Source of the DNA: Candidatus Dadabacteria bacterium UBA1144
GTDB taxonomy: Bacteria > Desulfobacterota_D > UBA1144
DNA: 64,000 nucleotides
Reading direction: 5' to 3'
Assembly: GCA_002311855.1 (NCBI GenBank)
Contig: DCAB01000012.1
Span: 196,112-260,111, forward strand
Shown here one piece after another: positions 29,302-36,943 of the stretch. Below the pieces are notes generated by a model that was given only the letters and a program-made list of their open reading frames with translations, was not told the origin of the DNA and searched no databases. Numbering within the stretch: the first letter of the stretch is position 1; each line of letters starts with the position of its first letter. Made by a program: the position numbers and the translations under genes.

Positions 29302-30276
29302 TTAGGCACCTGGATACATTGGGATCATGAATCTGTGTCTCATTGTATATTTAAATGGTGTTGAGAACAATAATGCTCCGAAATCTTTTTCAGGATCTCT
29401 TTCAACTGTTCTCTCCCATACAATTGACGCTGGTGGAATGATTAAGTTAAATGTGAACGAAATCAAGCCGTGAACTGTTACGTTGCCTAATTGACCTCCC
29501 ATGAAGTCAAAAGGCGTCCCAGCCATATACCATGATCTTACATCTTCTCCAGTACATGTTCTTACAGAGCTAGGATCCAATTGGAATCTGTGTCCTGTTC
29601 CGAACTGCGGTGGCAACTCAGAACCAAGATGTGTAACTTGGTGTCTGGTGCGTGTTATATCTGGATAAGTTGTAATTCTGTAATTTAATCTACCCCAGTC
29701 TGTTTTACCATAGAATGTTGGTTTGTGTGGGGTTGGTTTGTCTGAATAACGACCATTTGCTGAATGGAATACATAACCTCTTCTTTCCATTGTCATATTG
29801 AAGTAGTTATCGTTTGTTCCATGCTCAAAAGCTGCAATATAAGCGGCTTTTTTAGGGAATCCGAATGGTTCTCTACCAGCAAAAATTGGTGAGTCGTTTG
29901 AAAGGTACATATAAGGGTAATATCCACCCTTCGTTACGTGCCCGTCTTGACCTTTAACCGTTGAAGAGGCTGTTACGCCAAACTCCATGTATGGTCCAAG
30001 CATTGTGTTTCTGTGTATAACATACCAGAACTCAAGGATTGGATCATGAAGCTCAACCGGGTCAGGTATGATAGCATTCAAGTTAGCTTCGTCCGCTTCA
30101 ACTACAAAAGCCATCCAACGGCTTTCTGTATAAGTCAAAGGGATGATATCGTAGTCGAAAACAGGATCGGCAACACCCTGAGAGACAATATGAATTCTAT
30201 CTCTATCAAGTGGTAGCGGTGGAACTTCGCCTTCTTCTAACCACGGATAACTATATTCGTTTGCTTGTTTTCCCAT
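29302..30276 (-). CDS. acetoacetate decarboxylase-like (ADC superfamily) protein, paralog 1
   Basis: 324 aa. The core GYYPYMYLSNDSPIFAGREPFGFPKK aligns with the Clostridium ADC Schiff-base lysine region (YLHMMYLDNEPAIAVGRELSAYPKK), with about 90 aa of extra N-terminal sequence. Confidence 0.7.
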   Translation of the reverse strand: MGKQANEYSYPWLEEGEVPPLPLDRDRIHIVSQGVADPVFDYDIIPLTYTESRWMAFVVEADEANLNAIIPDPVELHDPILEFWYVIHRNTMLGPYMEFGVTASSTVKGQDGHVTKGGYYPYMYLSNDSPIFAGREPFGFPKKAAYIAAFEHGTNDNYFNMTMERRGYVFHSANGRYSDKPTPHKPTFYGKTDWGRLNYRITTYPDITRTRHQVTHLGSELPPQFGTGHRFQLDPSSVRTCTGEDVRSWYMAGTPFDFMGGQLGNVTVHGLISFTFNLIIPPASIVWERTVERDPEKDFGALLFSTPFKYTMRHRFMIPMYPGA

Positions 30277-30307
30277 GATTTATTTCCTCCTTAATTAATT
30301 GAGTTCC

Positions 30308-31315
30308 TTACGCACCTTGGTGAATTGGGAACTGTTGTCTTAAACCATACTGATATGGTGTTGCGTAGCCTCTGTAGCTGGCTGGTCTTTCATATGTTTC
30401 AGTCCAGACAACTTCAGGAACTGGGATGATTAGGTCAAAAGTAAATGAAATTAAACCTTTAATAGCATTAACTTTTATCTCTGCACCCATATTGTCAAAT
30501 GGTGTTGCTTGTGCGAACCAATTTATGGCATCGCCAGAAGCAGTTCTTGTGTGCTCAGGTTTGACTTGGAATCTGTGTCCTTCGATGTTAAACGCCGCTG
30601 GAAGTTTAGATGGTAGATATGTTAACTGCCATTCTGAACTTGCTACGTCACAACGTGTGTCAACCTTCATATTGAATTTGCCCCAGTCAGTTTTTCCATA
30701 GAAAAATGGTGGTTTGACGTCGGCATCATCATATTTGCCTTGCTGTGCGGTTAAAAGGTAACCATTTCTTGTCATTGAAAAGCCAAAATAGTCGTTTCCT
30801 TTTTCGCCACCATGCTCGGTGATTCTGATATAGGACATTTTTTTAGGGAATCCTAAAACACGGCCTGCATCAACAGGTGCATCACCTGTTAGGTACATAT
30901 ATGGATAGTAACCAGCTTTCCATGTGTTACCTTTTGGATCTGTATGCGTTGCGGAGATTGTTACTCCGAACTCAATATATGGTCCTAGCATTGTGTTATA
31001 GTGCATTACGTACCAATACTCGACAAGTTCTGCATCGTCACCGTCCCATATTGTTAATGGTGGGTTTGGACATAGTCTCTGTCTCGTATCAGCAGGTACA
31101 TCAATAACAAACGCGCTCCATCTTGAATCACTATAAGTTAGAGGAAGGACATCAATATCCCATAGAGGATCGGCAGGGTTGCCGACAATCCATGTATTAA
31201 TGTCTCTTTCCATCGGACTTGCAGGTATTTCGTCTGGAGCCATTTTCCAGTACTTATCGTCTACATTAAGATGACTTGGCATCGTTATAGACCTCCTTAG
31301 TTGGATTTTGCGCAA
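30308..31315 (-). CDS. acetoacetate decarboxylase-like (ADC superfamily) protein, paralog 2
   Basis: 335 aa collinear with paralog 1 throughout (LPLTYSDSRW, NTMLGPYIEFGVT, GYYPYMYLTGDAPVDAGRVLGFPKK, KGLISFTFDLIIP); both lysines of the FPKK motif are conserved. Confidence 0.7.
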   Translation of the reverse strand: MRKIQLRRSITMPSHLNVDDKYWKMAPDEIPASPMERDINTWIVGNPADPLWDIDVLPLTYSDSRWSAFVIDVPADTRQRLCPNPPLTIWDGDDAELVEYWYVMHYNTMLGPYIEFGVTISATHTDPKGNTWKAGYYPYMYLTGDAPVDAGRVLGFPKKMSYIRITEHGGEKGNDYFGFSMTRNGYLLTAQQGKYDDADVKPPFFYGKTDWGKFNMKVDTRCDVASSEWQLTYLPSKLPAAFNIEGHRFQVKPEHTRTASGDAINWFAQATPFDNMGAEIKVNAIKGLISFTFDLIIPVPEVVWTETYERPASYRGYATPYQYGLRQQFPIHQGA

Positions 31316-31514
31316 TTAAAAATAAGATACAGTAGTCAAGAAGCCCACTTGTAGCCTCTCCACACCCCGTTATTACAATTAAAGCAAATACAGCAGAAAT
31401 AGTCAACGAGTTTTTGTTAAAATTGGGTCAAGCGATCCAATTACTTCAAAATGTAGTCTTTTGTGATTTAGAAGACGTATTAAATTTAATAAAAGCACCG
31501 CAGGAGCTCCTCTC

Positions 31515-32294
31515 TTATAGTCCCATTTTTTTTTCCAGTAGCTCCGCTACCAAAACAGCCCTCTCGTTAATCAGCAAGGTGGCTCTTGAGTCAAAAGGGG
31601 TGTCCATTAAATCAATTATTACAAGCTCAGAGCCTGTTTTTAGAGCAACGTCGGGCAGGCTGTTTGCTGGTGAAACTTGCAAAGAAGAACCAACGACAAT
31701 CATAAGAGTGGTGTCTTTACACTTATCAACCGAGGAGTCCCATGGCACTTTTGGTAGGGCTTCTCCAAAAAATACAGCAGTAGGTTTTATCAAGCCTTGG
31801 CATGGCTGTCCTTCAAATTCTTCACAAATCGGGGGGTTTTCTCCTTTTTGGACTCTTTGTATGATATCGTCCATTGAATAAATTTGACCACACTGTAAAC
31901 AAGAAGCTCTTCTAAGAGATCCATGTAATTCATGGACATCGGAACTCCCAGCTTCCAAATGAAGTCCGTCGACATTTTGAGTTATTACACCTTTAATTAA
32001 ATCCTCTTTCTCTAGTTTGGCTACAAGCAAGTGGGCTTTGTTCGGTTTTGCAGATGACCTAATTGGATACATTTCAAGCGCGTAATTAAAATATTGCGTT
32101 GGATCGCTTAGGAATCCCTGTATTGATACTATTGACGAATCATATTTCTCCCATGATCCAGAGCCAGGAGTACGGTAATCAGGTATTCCTGAGTCGGTAC
32201 TAATGCCAGCTCCAGTAAACACGACGGCGCTTCTATTCCCCAGAATCATATCTGCTAATTTTTGAATTTGTTCGTCTAGCGTCATATTAAACAC
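31515..32294 (-). CDS. cobB: NAD-dependent protein deacylase (sirtuin, CobB-like)
   Basis: 259 aa with GAGISTDSGIPDYR, a Cys4 Zn module (CLQCG...CEEFEGQPC) and HG..R. Confidence 0.85.
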   Translation of the reverse strand: MFNMTLDEQIQKLADMILGNRSAVVFTGAGISTDSGIPDYRTPGSGSWEKYDSSIVSIQGFLSDPTQYFNYALEMYPIRSSAKPNKAHLLVAKLEKEDLIKGVITQNVDGLHLEAGSSDVHELHGSLRRASCLQCGQIYSMDDIIQRVQKGENPPICEEFEGQPCQGLIKPTAVFFGEALPKVPWDSSVDKCKDTTLMIVVGSSLQVSPANSLPDVALKTGSELVIIDLMDTPFDSRATLLINERAVLVAELLEKKMGL

Positions 32295-32332
32295 AGGAAG
32301 GATTATTTAAAATCCTTCCTGATAATCAATTT

Positions 32333-33148
32333 TTAGCCGTTTTCGTCGGTTCTTGTTGGCAAACCCATTTGTTCGGCAGCAGCATTGATGGCAGCTAATC
32401 TCTCTGGTGTAAGAGCAGACTCTGGTTGTAAAACACCTAGTTTTGTCAGTTCCTCGTCTACAGCAGGATCAGCAATGGCTGGTGTACCAAACTTTTCTTG
32501 ATAGATAATGTCCCCATAGGCTCTTCTTGGTCGCATTCCCATAGATTCAACGGTTTCTCCGGGATAACCAATGGCCATTGCCCATACGAACTGAGCAGTC
32601 TCTGGAAATCCTAGCAACTCACCAATTTTTGGTGGAACCCCCGCATAAGCACAACAACCTAGCCCTAGAGCTGTAGCCATTAGCTGAGCTTGAGCCATAG
32701 CCATTCCAGTTTCACAACTAAGCATATAGCTGACGACTGGATCAGGAAAGGTTGTAAGTCTTGGTAGAGTTGAATTTTCAATGTTGTCCAAGCTCCAACC
32801 ATGACTCGGGTTGATAGCGCCAAGTTTAAAAATCTTTGGGAGCATCTCTGGAAGGCCTTCGAACCACCATTTTCTGTCCAAAGCAAAAACTAAGCTTACC
32901 GGTGCCATTTGAGCCATCGGAATATTAAAACTAGATACTATTTTAGTAAAAGCATCCTTTGTTTCCTGCTTTGACACGATGGTAATTGTTACAGCATTAG
33001 CGTTTCCCATATGTGAAGCGGTTCTGGCAGCTTGACAAATAGCTTGTATCTTTTCCGGTTCTACCGGCCTATTGGGATCATAAAATCTACATGAACGTCT
33101 ATCCCCAATAACGTTCATAAAATCTTTTCCTTGATAATCTAAACCCAT
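32333..33148 (-). CDS. nitroreductase-family flavoprotein
   Basis: 271 aa with an N-terminal RRSCRFY FMN-binding signature and C-terminal LGLGCCAYAG; longer than classic NfsA/B. Confidence 0.6.
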   Translation of the reverse strand: MGLDYQGKDFMNVIGDRRSCRFYDPNRPVEPEKIQAICQAARTASHMGNANAVTITIVSKQETKDAFTKIVSSFNIPMAQMAPVSLVFALDRKWWFEGLPEMLPKIFKLGAINPSHGWSLDNIENSTLPRLTTFPDPVVSYMLSCETGMAMAQAQLMATALGLGCCAYAGVPPKIGELLGFPETAQFVWAMAIGYPGETVESMGMRPRRAYGDIIYQEKFGTPAIADPAVDEELTKLGVLQPESALTPERLAAINAAAEQMGLPTRTDENG

Positions 33149-33306
33149 TTTATTCCTCCTTTTTTGAATAATGTAATAGAAAAACTTCTACTTCTATAGT
33201 ACAGAATTTGGCATTTTTTTGCAATAACTTTAATAATTTGCTGGTAAAGGGGGTCTAAAAATTCCCGGTTTGCTGAAATAGGTCTAAAAACTCTTGTTTT
33301 GTTTCG

Positions 33307-33729
33307 TTATTTAATAGCTCTAAATTTGTAAGAATAGATATCGCTTCCGTCTTTCGCTTTTCTGACAATTCCTACAATTGTCTCAACTTCCATCTCTAGT
33401 TTTAAGTCGTTTTCTAAGTCGTCAGCCTCTACTTGGGCCATAACCCTTACTTCTTGTTCGGGAAAATCGACAAGGCCTAAACCAAAAGGGACCGGGAAAT
33501 CAGGAAGGCTCCTTCGGACAATAGTAAAAGAATGTAGAATTCCCCTTCTTGGAAGAAGAGTAGGTTCAACATCATCTTGGAAGCTCACGGGATCTGCTAA
33601 ATATGCAGGGAAGGTCCAATTCCCTGAGGACTTAGACTTACCCGCTATCAATCTTGGTTCGGGGTCTTCTGTAAATAAATCCGCGTGCAAAACTTTTCTG
33701 TCTTCAGGTTCACTCATAACAATCTCCAC
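33307..33729 (-). CDS. DUF35 OB-fold protein (second copy), no ribbon cysteines
   Basis: 140 aa, placed immediately downstream of a thiolase-like gene as in Ltp2/ChsH2-type pairs, with a DUF35-like OB-fold C-terminal half. Confidence 0.65.
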   Translation of the reverse strand: MEIVMSEPEDRKVLHADLFTEDPEPRLIAGKSKSSGNWTFPAYLADPVSFQDDVEPTLLPRRGILHSFTIVRRSLPDFPVPFGLGLVDFPEQEVRVMAQVEADDLENDLKLEMEVETIVGIVRKAKDGSDIYSYKFRAIK

Positions 33730-33742
33730 ATAACTGTAGTTG

Positions 33743-34909
33743 TTATTTGCCCAATATGCTTACCACACAGGTAATTCCGTCCATAGCAGGTTGGGCACCC
33801 CCCATAGTCTCAATCAAGCCAATTTTAGGGTTGGGCACTTGATATCCTGTTGCCTCTCCTCTTAATTGATTAACAATCTCAACAGTTTGAAGAATTCCGG
33901 TTGCACCAACTGGGTGGCCCCGTGAAAGGAGTCCTCCACTTGGATTGATTGCAATGTCACCATCATAATTAGATTTTTCTTCTTCTATTAGTGTCGCGCC
34001 TTCGCCTTTTTTTGCAAATCCCAGTGCTTCTGCGACTATCAGCTCTGCAATAGCAAATGCGTCATGAATTTCTGCAATGTCTATATCTTTGGGTCCAAGC
34101 CCTGCGTGTTCATATGCCATACCTGAGGTTCTTGTCACATTTTCTGAGGGATCACACGTCAGACCAGTAGCTGAGGAATAGCCCCCTGATTGGGCAGCGA
34201 TTCCAAGCACTTTAATGGGTAGCCTGTCTTTGTCCCGTTTGATTTTGTTTAGCATGTCACCGCCAACCAAAACTGTTGCCGCAGCAGAGTCTCCAATGGG
34301 ACAACACATGCTTCTTGTCAAGGGGTCGGCTATCATAGGATCCGCCATTACTTGTTCGACTGTAGTTTCTTTTCTAAACTGTGCTATTGGATTCATCGCG
34401 GCGTGTTTTCTGCTTTTCACAACTACCTTAGCCAAAGTCTCAGCGGAAACGCCATACTCGTCCATGTATCTTCTTGCCCTCATCGCATACAAACCAGGCA
34501 TGCTCATGCCCAATGCAACTTCAATGTCATCTTCCTCAAGAGGAAGTGGGCCACCTGACATAATTTTGGATAGGTTTTCTACCCCCCATGCCAAGGCTAA
34601 ATTATTTTGGCCATAAGCTATAGACCTCCACGCTTCCCAAAAAGATAACGTGCCGCTTCCACAGGCACCTTCAACGTTAATCACGGGTTGGCCGACTATT
34701 CCAATATCCTTAAGTGTTCTTTGACCAACGCCCATTCCTTGATAAACGTGGCCGCAGAATGCTATTTCGATATCTCTTGGGTGTATACCAGCGTCTTTAA
34801 TCGCCGCCCAAGTCACCTCTCTTCCAAGAACATGTGCGGCTTTCGTTGGGAACTTGCCACACGGATGTTGTCCCACGCCAATGATATAAACATCTCTTAA
34901 GCTAGCCAT
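33743..34909 (-). CDS. thiolase-like protein of the SCP-x/Ltp type (second copy)
   Basis: 388 aa with N-terminal VYIIGVGQHPCGKF and an active-site Cys region (EGACGSGTLSF); paired with a DUF35 gene. Confidence 0.8.
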   Translation of the reverse strand: MASLRDVYIIGVGQHPCGKFPTKAAHVLGREVTWAAIKDAGIHPRDIEIAFCGHVYQGMGVGQRTLKDIGIVGQPVINVEGACGSGTLSFWEAWRSIAYGQNNLALAWGVENLSKIMSGGPLPLEEDDIEVALGMSMPGLYAMRARRYMDEYGVSAETLAKVVVKSRKHAAMNPIAQFRKETTVEQVMADPMIADPLTRSMCCPIGDSAAATVLVGGDMLNKIKRDKDRLPIKVLGIAAQSGGYSSATGLTCDPSENVTRTSGMAYEHAGLGPKDIDIAEIHDAFAIAELIVAEALGFAKKGEGATLIEEEKSNYDGDIAINPSGGLLSRGHPVGATGILQTVEIVNQLRGEATGYQVPNPKIGLIETMGGAQPAMDGITCVVSILGK

Positions 34910-34994
34910 TTACAAAACCTCCCTTGAGTTTCAAATCCAATAAAAGTAGAAAGAAAATTGTAAATTGAAAAACGTAAAAAGGCAATAAGAACCC

Positions 34995-35810
34995 CTATGC
35001 CCAATTAAGTGCTTTGTATAAAGCATTCTTTATTATAGGAAAAATTTTCTGTGTTCTTGTGGGTCTAATTAAATTATCTATGTTCACGACCTCTACAATA
35101 CCTTTTGTTGCATTTGTAATGAATATAGCCTCAGGAAACAAAATTGACCCAAGCTCATATTTCCCCTCCAAAATGTTTAGTCCTTTTTCGTTGGATATAT
35201 CAATTATCAAGCTCCTTGTTATTCCGGGAAGTAGGCCGCAAGACAAAGATGGGGTAAACAGGTTGGAGCCTTTTATCCAGAATATGTTTCCTGATGTGGT
35301 TTCGGAGACTAAATTGTCTGGATTAAGAAAGAGAGCATCATCGAAACCTTTTTTGATTGCACTTCTTCTCTCTAAAACAGAAATAAGATAATTGGTTGTT
35401 TTGTGTTTAACCAAGTCATGAGAACAGTTTCTTGTTGCTTGTGCAATGGTTAATGAAATCTCATTTTTTACTGAATCATCCTCTTTAATTGAGACCATAA
35501 CAATTGTTTTGGTGGATTTCCCAAAATACACCCCCTCCCCAGATCCTAACAACGCGATTTTTATTACCAAGTCTTTAGAGTGGTGTCCTTTTACAAAAGT
35601 TTCAACAAGATTCTGTATATAAAAATCACCAGGATACTTAAGCAAAAGAAATTCCGCGGAGTGTTTAAGTCGCGCAAGGTGTCTATCAAAAAAAACCGGC
35701 AATTTCTCCTTGTACCTAAAGGTTTCAAACACTCCTTCGCCAAAGAGAAAAGCTCTATTAATCTCGCTTGCGTTTTTCAATTGCTTATCAAAATAAATTG
35801 ATTCTTTCAT
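34995..35810 (-). CDS. pabC: aminodeoxychorismate lyase / class IV aminotransferase
   Basis: 271 aa fold-type IV PLP enzyme (FGEGVFET, a nearby K) placed directly after pabB with a 4-nt overlap. Confidence 0.7.
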   Translation of the reverse strand: MKESIYFDKQLKNASEINRAFLFGEGVFETFRYKEKLPVFFDRHLARLKHSAEFLLLKYPGDFYIQNLVETFVKGHHSKDLVIKIALLGSGEGVYFGKSTKTIVMVSIKEDDSVKNEISLTIAQATRNCSHDLVKHKTTNYLISVLERRSAIKKGFDDALFLNPDNLVSETTSGNIFWIKGSNLFTPSLSCGLLPGITRSLIIDISNEKGLNILEGKYELGSILFPEAIFITNATKGIVEVVNIDNLIRPTRTQKIFPIIKNALYKALNWA

Positions 35811-36943
35811 CGTTTCTCTAGCGCCAACTTAAATGCCCTTGCTTTTAAGATGGTTTCTGAATTTTCTTTTTTTGGAATCGAATCCCAAACAATTCCCGCC
35901 CCAGTAAAAAATTTTGAATTTTTTTTCTCAATTTTACAAATTCTTATCCCTACGGAAAAACAAAAATCACCATTGGGTTCAAATAGGCCTATCGCACCAC
36001 AGTATGGTCCCCTATGATGGTTTTCTATCTCCTTTATAATTTCAATAGCTCTTGATTTCGGAGCTCCAGTTACGGACCCGGGAGGCATAATGTTGGTAAA
36101 AATTTTTTCATTGTTTGTATCTTTTTTTAAAATCCCTTCTATTTCTGATTCTAGTTGGTAAAGTGTTGAATATCTCTTTTTTCTAAACAATTTCTTTGAT
36201 ACAACAGAGCCCGTTCGGCAAATTCGTGATAAATCATTTCGCATCAAATCTACTATCATTAAATTTTCTGCCAACTCTTTTTTATCATAATTAATTTTGT
36301 CCCGAGTTCCAAGTATGGTAGGAGAGGTTCCTTTAATCGGTTTTGTGGTTATTTTGTTTGCTGATTTTTCTATAAAAAGTTCCATTGAGCCACTTATTAT
36401 TGTATGGTCAGGGAACTCTAAAAACGAAGCATAGTCTACCGGTTGTTGAGAATAGTATTTCATAAATAATTTGTAGGGGTTTTTTGGTGAATCAAAGCTA
36501 AATTCTCTAGTTAAATTTATTTGGTAGATGTCTCCTTCTTTGATATATCGTTTGGCTCTAACAATTCCATTTAGGAATTTTTTATCGGGCTGGGTTCTGT
36601 TGAGCTTGTTCGGTTTGTTTGAAACAGAAGGAGTGACAAGTCTTTTCCCGAGAGTGTCTTGATCGTAAATGTTAAAAATGGCCTTATAATGAGGGGGTTT
36701 GACTTTTTTTTCCAAAAACTCAAATGAAAAATATCCGCACACATAATGACCTTTTTTTAAAATTGTCTCTATCGATTTTATGAAAGATTTTTTCTTGATT
36801 ACCTGTTTTTTTCCTTTATAAATAAGCCTAATCCCGCTCGAATTCTCATAAATACACCCTACAGGGTTAGAAAATTTTATATTAGACCATTTGGTTTTTT
36901 TAAGTTGCCAGCTTGCGTTTCTAGACCTAAGATGTGTCGTCAT
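35807..36943 (-). CDS. pabB: aminodeoxychorismate synthase component I (short chorismate-binding enzyme)
   Basis: 378 aa with only the chorismate-binding C-terminal domain (PPGSVTGAPK, GPYCGAIG, TGAGIVWDS); followed by pabC. Confidence 0.7.
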   Translation of the reverse strand: MTTHLRSRNASWQLKKTKWSNIKFSNPVGCIYENSSGIRLIYKGKKQVIKKKSFIKSIETILKKGHYVCGYFSFEFLEKKVKPPHYKAIFNIYDQDTLGKRLVTPSVSNKPNKLNRTQPDKKFLNGIVRAKRYIKEGDIYQINLTREFSFDSPKNPYKLFMKYYSQQPVDYASFLEFPDHTIISGSMELFIEKSANKITTKPIKGTSPTILGTRDKINYDKKELAENLMIVDLMRNDLSRICRTGSVVSKKLFRKKRYSTLYQLESEIEGILKKDTNNEKIFTNIMPPGSVTGAPKSRAIEIIKEIENHHRGPYCGAIGLFEPNGDFCFSVGIRICKIEKKNSKFFTGAGIVWDSIPKKENSETILKARAFKLALEKR

